From Elusimicrobiota bacterium (lineage in GTDB: Bacteria; Elusimicrobiota; Elusimicrobia; UBA1565; UBA9628), in contig JBBTHA010000037.1 in the NCBI GenBank assembly GCA_038060535.1, positions 1 to 42,965 of the forward strand: a stretch of 42,965 bases of DNA, given 5' to 3'. The notes under the pieces are model-generated. The model saw only the letters and a program-made list of their open reading frames with translations, ran no database searches and had not been told where the DNA came from. The translations under genes and the position numbers were made by a program. Below are positions 1 to 8,673 of this stretch, piece after piece. Numbering within the stretch: the stretch's first letter is position 1; every line of letters begins with the position of its first letter.

Positions 1-34
1 CCGCCCCCGCATCATGCCCCACCAATTGGGAGCC

Positions 35-285
35 AACTGAAGATTCCGGGCTAGAATCCTGCTTATTGCGGTACAGTTGGAACTGGATAGCGACGGCAAG
101 GGAAAGGAGGTCGCTGTCGTCTGAGTTGGGACTTATCTGCAAACTCGTCCTAAAACTGGTTTGTGGAAAACCTTTTTCGGTCGCTTGGCCCAATCGCTTC
201 GCGTCTTCGCGGCTCAAACGGCGTTGAACAAAATAATCCGCGCGTTCTCATCGCTGATGATTTCAAACTGAAGATTCCCGGATAG
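35..285. repeat. Imperfect 20-bp direct repeat (35-54 and 266-285) in the non-coding region downstream of asnB
   Basis: aactgaagattccgggctag vs aactgaagattcccggatag, 18/20 identical. An internal stem gatagcgac(86-94)/gtcgctgtc(110-118) lies between the copies. Confidence 0.5.
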
Positions 286-286
286 T

Positions 287-2197
287 CTATCGGACCGCCG
301 GAACGTCGGCGTGGCGATGGAACAACTCCAGCATCAGCAGCCCCCAGAGGCGATAGCCGTGATCGCGCCGGCCGCATTGGTGCTCGGCCCATAGGGCGCG
401 TAAGGTCTCTTCTCGAAAATACCCCCGCGCAAGAGCCTCCCGGGAGAGGACATTGTCTTCCCAAAAGCCCTTGAGCGGGCCGCGAAACCAAACTCCCAGA
501 GGAATGCCGAAGCCCATCTTGGAACGGGTCAGAATCTCCTGGGGAAGAAGATCCTTAAACGCCTCTTTCATGATGTGCTTGTGCCCGCGCAGGCCTTTTA
601 ATTTCCAGTCCCCGGGCATCCGGAAAGCTGTCTCGACGAATATATGATCGAGAAGAGGCGACCTCCCCTCCAGGGAGCAGGCCATGGTGGCGATGTCGAC
701 TTTCGCCATCAAGCATTCGGGAAGATAGGTCTTAAAATCGACATACAGCATGCGGTTGACGAAATCCTCTCCCCGGCAGGAAGAGAAAGCCTCGCTCATG
801 TAGCGCACTGTTTCTCCCTCTGACGCCCCCAACCGCCGTTTGAAATCGTCCGAGTACAGCGAGGGCTTGTCATCTTCGGCGAAGAAGCCGACCATCTTCA
901 AGTGGCGGCCGGGAAGGTCGTTCAACAACGTCGAGCGAAGGAATCGCTTCGCCCTCCAAATATTGCCGAGCGGCGCGTCATGCTCGGGCAGGAGTTCCGC
1001 GGCGGCGCGCATGACCTTGAGCAGGGGCCCGGGAAGCGCGTCGCACAAGCGCGCGGCTTTCATAGCGAAATATCGGATGTAGCCGGCGAAGTTTTCGTCG
1101 CCTCCGTCGCCGTTCAGCGCGACGGTGACGAACTTGCGGGTCTCCCGCGCGACATAGTAAGTGGGAAGCGCGGAGGCGTCGGCGTAAGGCTCTCCATAAT
1201 GCCAGGCGAGCTTGGGCAAGATGTCGGACATCTCGGGTTTGACGATGAATTCGGCGTGGTCGGTCTTGTACTTCTCGGCGACCATGCGCGCGTAATGGGT
1301 CTCCGTGAAGCGTTCCTCGTCGAAACCGATCGAAAACGTCTTCACCGGTTTTGTCGACAGCCGGCTCATCAAGGCCACGATGATCGAGGAGTCGACGCCG
1401 CCGGAGAGAAACGCGCCCAAAGGAACATCTGAAATCATGCGCAGGCGCACGGATTCGCTCAACGTGTCGCGAAGAAGCTCTTTGGCCTCGTTGAAATCAG
1501 TCGTGATCGGCGGTTGGCCCAGGGGCAAGTCCCAATATCGAGCGATGGAGATTTTTCCCTTTTTCCATGTCAACGTATGGCCCGGCGGAAGTTTTTTTGC
1601 AGCGCGATAAATCGTGCGCGGCGAGGGGATGTATTGCAGCGACAAATACATATCGACGGCGACGGGGTCGATCTCTCGGGACAAAGTCGGCTCAAGGGCG
1701 AACAGGCAGCGAAGCTCCGATCCAAAGAGCAGCGCGCCGCCATGGCTTTCGGCGTAAACCAACGGTTTCTTGCCGATACGGTCGCGCGCGATGAACAAGG
1801 TCTGCTCGGCCTTGTCCCACACCGCGAAAGCGAACATGCCGCGCAGCTTGTCGACACAACGCGGGCCCAACTCGCGGTAAAGGGCCAGGATGATCTCGGT
1901 GTCGGATTGGGTCTTGAAACGGTGGCCCCGCGCTTCGAGCTCCGCGCGAAGTTCCTTGAAGTTGTAAATCTCCCCGTTGAGCACGACCCAAAGGGAGCCA
2001 TCGGCATAGGACATGGGCTGATGGCCCGTGGTCAGATCGATGATGGCCAGGCGTCGCATCGCCAGGCCGGCCGGGGCGTCGAGGTGATAGCCTTCATCGT
2101 CAGGGCCGCGGTGCGCGATTTGATCGTTGGCGCGCTTGAGCACGCCCTTGTCGGGGGACCGCCCGTCGCCGTAAACGACGCCGCATATGCCGCACAT
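287..2197 (-). CDS. asnB: Asparagine synthase (glutamine-hydrolysing) family amidotransferase, probably glycan-amidating
   Basis: N-terminal MCGICG (Ntn Cys), HRGPD, RLAIID, NGEIYN, RDRIGKKPL, LSGGVDSS PP-loop and GDGGDE. Last gene of a polysaccharide-type cluster. Confidence 0.93.
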   Translation of the reverse strand: MCGICGVVYGDGRSPDKGVLKRANDQIAHRGPDDEGYHLDAPAGLAMRRLAIIDLTTGHQPMSYADGSLWVVLNGEIYNFKELRAELEARGHRFKTQSDTEIILALYRELGPRCVDKLRGMFAFAVWDKAEQTLFIARDRIGKKPLVYAESHGGALLFGSELRCLFALEPTLSREIDPVAVDMYLSLQYIPSPRTIYRAAKKLPPGHTLTWKKGKISIARYWDLPLGQPPITTDFNEAKELLRDTLSESVRLRMISDVPLGAFLSGGVDSSIIVALMSRLSTKPVKTFSIGFDEERFTETHYARMVAEKYKTDHAEFIVKPEMSDILPKLAWHYGEPYADASALPTYYVARETRKFVTVALNGDGGDENFAGYIRYFAMKAARLCDALPGPLLKVMRAAAELLPEHDAPLGNIWRAKRFLRSTLLNDLPGRHLKMVGFFAEDDKPSLYSDDFKRRLGASEGETVRYMSEAFSSCRGEDFVNRMLYVDFKTYLPECLMAKVDIATMACSLEGRSPLLDHIFVETAFRMPGDWKLKGLRGHKHIMKEAFKDLLPQEILTRSKMGFGIPLGVWFRGPLKGFWEDNVLSREALARGYFREETLRALWAEHQCGRRDHGYRLWGLLMLELFHRHADVPAVR

Positions 2198-2203
2198 GGT
2201 CGA

Positions 2204-3694
2204 TTAGAAAGGCAGTCGCGCGCGAAGAAAGGAACGATCCTCTCTCGGAAGCAAGCGCCAGAAGACGTAAGTGTACAACGCCCCCGAGACCAAGCACAAG
2301 GATAGAAACGTCCCCCATCCTCCGATGTGGACACGCAACGGCCAGGCCACGACCAATAAGATGCAGCAAGCCGCGCAGGCCGGAGCCAGTGTTTCCCGGA
2401 GGAATCGACCCAAAGACAGCTCCAGCAAACGCCCATGCACGAGGTTGATCAGCAGCGTCGTCGAGACGACCTGCCCGATCAGTCCGCCCAAAGACGCTCC
2501 CATCAAACCCCAGCGAGGAATCATCCATGGCCACAGCGCCAGACACACCAGCGCCTGGGCCCAGGCGGATCCGGCCTGCCACCACCCCCCCTTGCGTCCC
2601 GCGGCGACGGATGAAGGAAGAAAAGACAAGAGCGCCACGCTTTGGGAGATGACGAGAAGACGCGCGGGCCATACGCTCGCGTCGCCGAACTTGCCTCCCA
2701 GCCACAACGATAGGAACTGAGGCATCAAGGCGAAGAGAAGGGCGTACGCCGGGATCAGAAGCCCGAAAAGGGTGCGCGACGCGCGCAGGTACAACCGCGC
2801 GACGGTTTCCGGGCTCTCATTTTCCCCCAACTCCCCGACCACCGGAACGAGAGCCATGGAAGCGGTGGCCGGCAGCGTCTGCAGCCGAGCCAAGGCTCCC
2901 ACGGGGACGGCATAAAGCGTGAAATCGGACATCGAGCGCAAGCCGGCCACGAAAGCCCGGTCCATCTGGCCGCTCACCATTTGAGCGAGAGCTCCAGGCC
3001 AGAAACCGATTGAGTAGAGCGAAAATTTCGAAAACGATATCCGTCCCGACCCGCTCGGAACTTCACGACGCAGGCGCCAAACTCCGAAAAGACAGAAAAG
3101 CGCCACGATCGCATGCACCGCCACGAACCCCGCGGCGGCAGCTCCCAAACCTCGACCGAGACCCAGCGCGGCGAGAACGCCCAAAGGGATCAGAACTCCC
3201 TGCAAAACGGCCGCCGCGCTTTGCCAATGAAAGCGGTGGAGTCCTACGAAAGCCCCTCCGGCCCAGCCGACGACCGCCGTGAAAACGGCGCCCAAAGACG
3301 CCGCGCGAATCATCCATGCCCCATGGAAGCGGTAATAGGCCGGAACGATGAACACCTTGTCCGCCAAACTCGGAGCGGCGACCCACATGATCAAGGCTCC
3401 GAGCATCGCTCCGCCGATGACCAGAACGGCGGAATGGCGCAGCGCGTCATCGAGAAGGCTTCTCCCTCCGCCGGATTGAGACTCCGCGGCGAAGCGAATC
3501 GTGCCCGCGGTCGCGCCGAAGTGGAGAACTCCGACCCAGCCCGCGGCGGCCTGCATGAGAAGATAAAGGCCGTAGGCCTCCACGCCGAATCCTCGCACGA
3601 GACGAGGGATGATGAAAAGATTGATCGCCACGACCGCGGCCTGACCGGCCAACCCCCAGCTCACGTTGCTGGCAAATCGCTCTCCCCGGCTCAT
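2204..3694 (-). CDS. Wzx/MOP-family oligosaccharide flippase
   Basis: About 496 aa with many TM helices, and the typical N-terminal pattern 'FIIPRLVRGFGVEAYGLY'. Start moved to ATG 3694, which overlaps the upstream GT stop (ATGA). Confidence 0.8.
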   Translation of the reverse strand: MSRGERFASNVSWGLAGQAAVVAINLFIIPRLVRGFGVEAYGLYLLMQAAAGWVGVLHFGATAGTIRFAAESQSGGGRSLLDDALRHSAVLVIGGAMLGALIMWVAAPSLADKVFIVPAYYRFHGAWMIRAASLGAVFTAVVGWAGGAFVGLHRFHWQSAAAVLQGVLIPLGVLAALGLGRGLGAAAAGFVAVHAIVALFCLFGVWRLRREVPSGSGRISFSKFSLYSIGFWPGALAQMVSGQMDRAFVAGLRSMSDFTLYAVPVGALARLQTLPATASMALVPVVGELGENESPETVARLYLRASRTLFGLLIPAYALLFALMPQFLSLWLGGKFGDASVWPARLLVISQSVALLSFLPSSVAAGRKGGWWQAGSAWAQALVCLALWPWMIPRWGLMGASLGGLIGQVVSTTLLINLVHGRLLELSLGRFLRETLAPACAACCILLVVAWPLRVHIGGWGTFLSLCLVSGALYTYVFWRLLPREDRSFLRARLPF

Positions 3695-4827
3695 GCCGGC
3701 TCCCGGCGATATAATATTGCGCAACGCTCGGCCACGCGCGACAACGCGTAGCGTTGTTCACACACGCGCCTCGCGTTCGCCCCCAAGGCCGATGCGGCGG
3801 GGTCATCGAGAACCCGCCGAACGCAGGCGGCGGCGGCCGCGGCGTCATCGCGCGCAAAAAGAAGCCCCGTGACCCCGTTTTCGATCGTCTCGGCCGTTCC
3901 CCCCACGGCGCTGGCGATCACGCAAAGCGCCGATGCCATGGCCTCCAACAAGGAGTTGGACAGGCCCTCGGAAGTCGAAGGTAAGACGAACGCGTCCGCT
4001 GCGGCGTACAGTTCGGTGAGATTATCCGTCGAAGGGATGATCCGTACGCGTCCGCCGGAGGCGGCCGCCTCGGCTTCAAGCGCCTTTCTCTCGGAGCCGT
4101 CACCGACGAGAATCAGCGTCGCCCGTCGACCCCCCAAAGCCTCGACCCAAATCCTGGAGAACCAGGGCAGCCTCTTTTCGGGGGAAAATCTCCCCGTATA
4201 GAGGAAAATGGGGCCTGAAGGCCACCCGAGTTTCACTCTCAATGCGATCTTTTCACCCGCGGCGGCGGGTTGAAATCGATCGACGTCCACCCCGTTAGGC
4301 AGAACCTCGATGCGGGCGCCGGGCAGATAATCCCGCGCTTCCGCGGCCAAATCCGGAACCACCGCCAAAAAATGAGGCTTCAAAAACGACAGGGTCCTCA
4401 GCTTCAGGCGGCCGAGTCCCGTGCGAGAGGACGCCGCGAGCTCGCCGATGCCGCGGCCTCCTCCGAGCTTGACGACGACGGGCTTATTCAAGAATCTCCC
4501 CGCGCACCCGGCGGCCAGGGCCGGGGAGCCCGCTAAATGGGCATGGATCGCGTCGTAAGAATCGCCGTGCCAAAACAGCCAACCCAAGACTCCAAGGAGA
4601 AACGTCAGGGAATTGAGCGCTCCATCTCCCCCTGTCCAAAGACGCCTGACCACGACGCCTTGAACCTCCTGCCGGCTCGGCAAGAGTCCGAAACGGCGAG
4701 TGAGAACGGTGACCTGCGCTCCGCCGCGGACCAAGGCGACGGATAACTCCAGGGCCTGACGCTCGGCGCCGCCCACGGTGGGCCAAAAGCCCGCGCTGAC
4801 CATGACGACGCGTAGTGGAGTGTTCAC
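3691..4827 (-). CDS. Glycosyltransferase family 4 (GT-B)
   Basis: GGAERQ, PNGVD, GRFSPEK, and EGLSNSLLEAMA (EX7E motif). Start moved to GTG 4827 (GTGA overlap with the methyltransferase stop). Confidence 0.9.
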   Translation of the reverse strand: MNTPLRVVMVSAGFWPTVGGAERQALELSVALVRGGAQVTVLTRRFGLLPSRQEVQGVVVRRLWTGGDGALNSLTFLLGVLGWLFWHGDSYDAIHAHLAGSPALAAGCAGRFLNKPVVVKLGGGRGIGELAASSRTGLGRLKLRTLSFLKPHFLAVVPDLAAEARDYLPGARIEVLPNGVDVDRFQPAAAGEKIALRVKLGWPSGPIFLYTGRFSPEKRLPWFSRIWVEALGGRRATLILVGDGSERKALEAEAAASGGRVRIIPSTDNLTELYAAADAFVLPSTSEGLSNSLLEAMASALCVIASAVGGTAETIENGVTGLLFARDDAAAAAACVRRVLDDPAASALGANARRVCEQRYALSRVAERCAILYRREPA

Positions 4828-5849
4828 GCAGCTTTCTTGCGGCCGAGAACGCCCGGCTTCGGGATGAGTCCATGCGGCAAAACGCCGATAATCGAAAAAC
4901 CCTCTTCTTCGAACCAGCGCGCGAGCTCTTCCTTGGTGTGATGCCACTGATAGGGCGGAGAAATCCAATCGAAATTCTCGATCAGCCGAACCTGATAGTC
5001 TGGATGAACGGAGTACGTCAACCACTTGAGTCCGGGCACGACCCCCATCCAAGTCAATGGGTGGCATAACGCATGAACGAGCGACACCGGCATCCTCGTG
5101 GTGAAAAGACGAACACAATCGCTCACGACATGCCGAATAAGCACGATCCACCATGCCAAACGGCGGTGTTCGGCGACCCACTCGCGTCCTTTTTTAAGGG
5201 GATTCGTCGCGAAATCCTCATAACGCCCGGCCTTGCCGTACAACCAGACCGAGAACAACCCCTGAGGCTTGACCAAAGCCGCCACGGCCGAAAACGCCGC
5301 GCGCGTCTGCGCGGTGTGATGGAGAACGCCTTGGCTGTAGGCGATGTCGAAAATCCCGAGCTTGAACGGCGGGTGGAGCAGGTCACCCTCCACGGGATGA
5401 AGACGGGGCTCGGTGCGCGCCCGCTGCGCGACGCGAATCAGGCTTTCCGACATATCCAAAGCCACGACCTCGGCGTTGAGCGAAAGGGCGACCGCGCTGT
5501 AGCGGCCCATGCCGCAGCCCGCGTCGAGAACGAGCTTGCCGGACATCTCCTGCGGCGGCAGCATGGTTTCTTCGAGAAACACTCCCTTGTCCTCGGGCAG
5601 AGAGCCGGGATATCGAAGCCATTCCCAGCCGAACGTCCGTCGAGTCTTATCCGCACGGGCCTCAAGAGGGTCCGGAGGACGCAGGCGCGGTATTCCGTCA
5701 ATGACAGGATATTGGAGACCGCAGCCTTTGCACGCCAGGGTCGCCTCGCTAATGTGTTCATTGTGGCTCGGATAAGTCTCAAGACTTGAGAATTTCAAGT
5801 CCTCGCGGCACACCGGACACGCAAGCCAATGCAAGAGGGACAGCTTCAT
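4824..5849 (-). CDS. Class I SAM-dependent methyltransferase with N-terminal Trm112-like Zn domain
   Basis: LACPVC...LACKGC..YPVIDGIPRL (Trm112-like), VLDAGCGMG motif I, and FDIAYSQGVLHH. Start ATG 5849 (ATGA overlap). Confidence 0.85.
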   Translation of the reverse strand: MKLSLLHWLACPVCREDLKFSSLETYPSHNEHISEATLACKGCGLQYPVIDGIPRLRPPDPLEARADKTRRTFGWEWLRYPGSLPEDKGVFLEETMLPPQEMSGKLVLDAGCGMGRYSAVALSLNAEVVALDMSESLIRVAQRARTEPRLHPVEGDLLHPPFKLGIFDIAYSQGVLHHTAQTRAAFSAVAALVKPQGLFSVWLYGKAGRYEDFATNPLKKGREWVAEHRRLAWWIVLIRHVVSDCVRLFTTRMPVSLVHALCHPLTWMGVVPGLKWLTYSVHPDYQVRLIENFDWISPPYQWHHTKEELARWFEEEGFSIIGVLPHGLIPKPGVLGRKKAA

Positions 5850-6841
5850 GAGCCCTTTTCCACCTCCTGACGAAGCTGCGCCAAGGAGATCCCCTCGCGC
5901 GATAAAAAGAAAAGACCGCAACTCGTGACGAAAACGTACATGACCATGTGCGTGACGAGGGCGTAGGCGAAAGCTTCCTCGGGTCCCGCTTGAAATTTGA
6001 CGAGAATGGAGGCAACGACCGCCTCAAACGTGCCGACGGCTCCCGGAGCGGCGGGAATCGCCGAACTCGCTCCGGCCCAAGACAGGGCGAGAACCGAGCG
6101 GGGATAGTCCATCAAGCTCCCGAGGCTCAAAACTCGGGCTCCAGCCCAATACAGCACGGCATCGACGCTCCACAAAAGCACGCTCCAAAACACGGCCTGC
6201 ACGCAGGCCCACGGCGAGCGCAAGACAACGGCCCCGAGCGAAAGCTGCAACACCAGGTTGTGAATCCTTGGCCAACGCCGCAGCGCGCGCTCGGTGACGC
6301 CGCCGCCGACCACGGATGAACCCGCCACGGTCAGGAGAATTAACGCGCCAAGGGTTCCCAATAAGACGGCGACGGCGCCGATGACGATCTCTCGCGGGAC
6401 GATGCCGTCAACCGCGCCCGCCGCGACTATGAAAATCAACAATAGGGCCGCGACATCCAGAGCTCTCTCGATGGCCACGCTGGCGAACGCGGCAAGCACC
6501 GGAATATCAAGCCTGCGGCTGGCTAAAATCGCCCGAGCCAACTCTCCTAGGCGAAGAAAGAGAACGTTGTTAATCGCCAAGCCGATGGCCTCGAGCTTTA
6601 TGAGCGTCCAGACGGGAGCCGGCGTGACCCGAGCCCTGGACAACAGCACCCGCCATCGCAGCGCTCGAATCAAGAGGTCGACGCACATGACGACGATCAT
6701 GGGAAGGATCCAGATGAATTCCGCGGCCCTCAACGCTTTTTTAAGCGCTGCAGAATCGACGCCGCGTACGGCTAACCATAAAAAAAAGACCGTCGCGATA
6801 AGAGCCGCGGCAATAGGAATCAGCCTTTTGCGTCTACTCAT
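5846..6841 (-). CDS. Lysylphosphatidylglycerol-synthase TM-domain / UPF0104 flippase-like membrane protein
   Basis: RALRW, NNVLFLRLGELAR, ERALD, and PAAPGAVGTFE family pattern. Start ATG 6841 (ATGA overlap). Confidence 0.8.
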   Translation of the reverse strand: MSRRKRLIPIAAALIATVFFLWLAVRGVDSAALKKALRAAEFIWILPMIVVMCVDLLIRALRWRVLLSRARVTPAPVWTLIKLEAIGLAINNVLFLRLGELARAILASRRLDIPVLAAFASVAIERALDVAALLLIFIVAAGAVDGIVPREIVIGAVAVLLGTLGALILLTVAGSSVVGGGVTERALRRWPRIHNLVLQLSLGAVVLRSPWACVQAVFWSVLLWSVDAVLYWAGARVLSLGSLMDYPRSVLALSWAGASSAIPAAPGAVGTFEAVVASILVKFQAGPEEAFAYALVTHMVMYVFVTSCGLFFLSREGISLAQLRQEVEKGS

Positions 6842-8673
6842 GTCCCCACCCCGAATTTCGCGAGTCGGATGAACCAAAACGACCACGACGCCAACGACAC
6901 CAGCGCCAGCCAACTCCATCCAGGGGGGCTAAATTCAAACCGAAGGTCGAGAGACGATTGGGAGGGAGCGATCGGAACCAATTGAAATGCCGGTCCCCAC
7001 GGGCGGAGCTCCACCTCCCGGCCCTCGAGGAACGCGCGCCAGCCGGGCCAGCGTGATTCAGCCAGGGAAACTGAAGCAGCTTCCTTCGGCACGTCGCCCG
7101 CCAGGCGCCAGCGCTCCGGCCGCTCGATGGTCAAAATCGGATCAGGCAGAACACGCGCTCCGTCGCGATCGAGGAAAGCGGCCAACGGCCAGGCTCCCGT
7201 CGTCGTCTCTATGCCCGAGGCGGATAGACGCGCGCCCACCCCGGCCCGCGCCGAAGCCTGCGAACGCCATCGTGAAACAAAAATGCGGCTGGAATCGGCG
7301 GCGGGGGAGCCCTCGGCCTCCAATGCCCATCGCGCCGCTCCCGCGGGGAAAAACGCGTCATAGCCATTCACGTTGCGCATGCGGTAAACCGTGGCTTTAT
7401 TCGGATTGGCGAGCTCGGGGTCGGTCAAAACTCTTTGCGGCAGCCCGGATAAAGCGGCGGCCACGGCCGCGTTGGCCGCCGTGAACTCCTTCGGATCATG
7501 ATGGGTAAGAAATGGGAAATCCCAAGCGGATAATTCCGCGACGACAAGAAAGGGGATTGTCGCCAAGAAAAACCGTCTTCGTTCCAAAGCGCGCAACCCG
7601 GCGGACGCGAGCAGCCAAAGTCCCCAAAGAACGAAAAACGACCAGCGCGCGGGAGTGCGCAGATAGGAGAGGCCGGGAATACCCGAGAGAAAGCCCATGG
7701 GACCGTTGACCCCAAAGGCCAAGCAAAGACCCGCCAACACAAGGAGGATCGCTCCCGCGCGTCCGCGCTCGCGCGCTAGGCCCAGAAACGCCAGACATGA
7801 CATCACGATGCCCAGCCACACGCCTCCGCTCTCATAAAAAACAGAAATCGCTCCTTTCCAACCTCCGTCAAGCGGAGTTCCGAGCGCCCCCGGCCAAAGC
7901 CACATCAAGACGGCCCACCAATCAAGCGAATAGGCGTGAGTAAATTCGACCGGCCAGCCGGCGCGGTTGGAGCCGCGAAGAAACTGCACGGTCGCGACCC
8001 ACTGGACGGCGGCCAGCATCATCGCTCCACAGGCCGCTTTGGCCAAGCATCCCCACAAACGCATTCGCGATTCTCGCGCGGCGGCCCACAGCAGCATCGC
8101 GACCGCGTTAATGAGAAGAAATTGCGGATGTCCCGAGAAAAATTGAATCGCCCAAACGGAAGACAAGAGCGCCGTCCTGGAGCAAAGCCACGCCAGCCAA
8201 GCCCACGGCACCCATGACAGAGCGGCAAGCAGCGTGGGAATGCCAGCGGTCACCCGGTAGACGAGAAACGGAGACAGGGCGTAGGACGCCGCGAGAACGA
8301 CCGCGGCGGCGCGCCGCGAACCCAAAGATCGAGCCAAGAGGAACGCGCCCAGGGCCGCCCACAAAAGGTGAAAAATTTGCTCCCAAGCCATGGCGGTGAC
8401 GACGGGAAGAAGAAACGACAATGCGGACGGGGGGTAAAACAATGCCGCCTGAGGATTGGCCGCATGAGGGACGCCAAGAAGAACGTAGGGATTCCAGAAC
8501 GGGAAATACCCCTGGATGATCGTCGAGACCGAATGGTGGCGCAGGGGCCAATGAAAAGTGTAAAGATCGCCGTGATTGAAGAAGGATGGCGCCTCGCGCG
8601 CCCAAACCGGGGCGAGGAAAGCCAAGATCACAGCCGCCAGCACCCCAAAGGCAATCAGGTCCCTGCGTGTCAT
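6838..8673 (-). CDS. YfhO-like polytopic membrane protein (putative GT-C glycosyltransferase), copy 2
   Basis: GDLY...PFWNPY..GVP..ANPQ..LFYP, GHPQ, RTPARW, NGYD, and C-terminal 'ESRWPGWRA'. Start ATG 8673 (ATGA overlap). Confidence 0.75.
   Translation of the reverse strand: MTRRDLIAFGVLAAVILAFLAPVWAREAPSFFNHGDLYTFHWPLRHHSVSTIIQGYFPFWNPYVLLGVPHAANPQAALFYPPSALSFLLPVVTAMAWEQIFHLLWAALGAFLLARSLGSRRAAAVVLAASYALSPFLVYRVTAGIPTLLAALSWVPWAWLAWLCSRTALLSSVWAIQFFSGHPQFLLINAVAMLLWAAARESRMRLWGCLAKAACGAMMLAAVQWVATVQFLRGSNRAGWPVEFTHAYSLDWWAVLMWLWPGALGTPLDGGWKGAISVFYESGGVWLGIVMSCLAFLGLARERGRAGAILLVLAGLCLAFGVNGPMGFLSGIPGLSYLRTPARWSFFVLWGLWLLASAGLRALERRRFFLATIPFLVVAELSAWDFPFLTHHDPKEFTAANAAVAAALSGLPQRVLTDPELANPNKATVYRMRNVNGYDAFFPAGAARWALEAEGSPAADSSRIFVSRWRSQASARAGVGARLSASGIETTTGAWPLAAFLDRDGARVLPDPILTIERPERWRLAGDVPKEAASVSLAESRWPGWRAFLEGREVELRPWGPAFQLVPIAPSQSSLDLRFEFSPPGWSWLALVSLASWSFWFIRLAKFGVGT

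Noticed and set aside
128-172. gggacttatctgcaaactc resembling an IS terminal repeat
   Set aside because: There is no partner inverted repeat or transposase in the window.
150-491. 113-aa minus-strand ORF overlapping the asnB 3' end
   Set aside because: It overlaps asnB in another frame, has no motifs, and has Arg/Pro-rich shadow composition.
4828-5181. 118-aa N-terminal extension of the GT4 ORF, and similar extensions of the ORFs at 19220, 22734, 26596 and 28531
   Set aside because: They overlap neighbouring real genes. Downstream starts with stop/start coupling or an RBS fit family lengths better.
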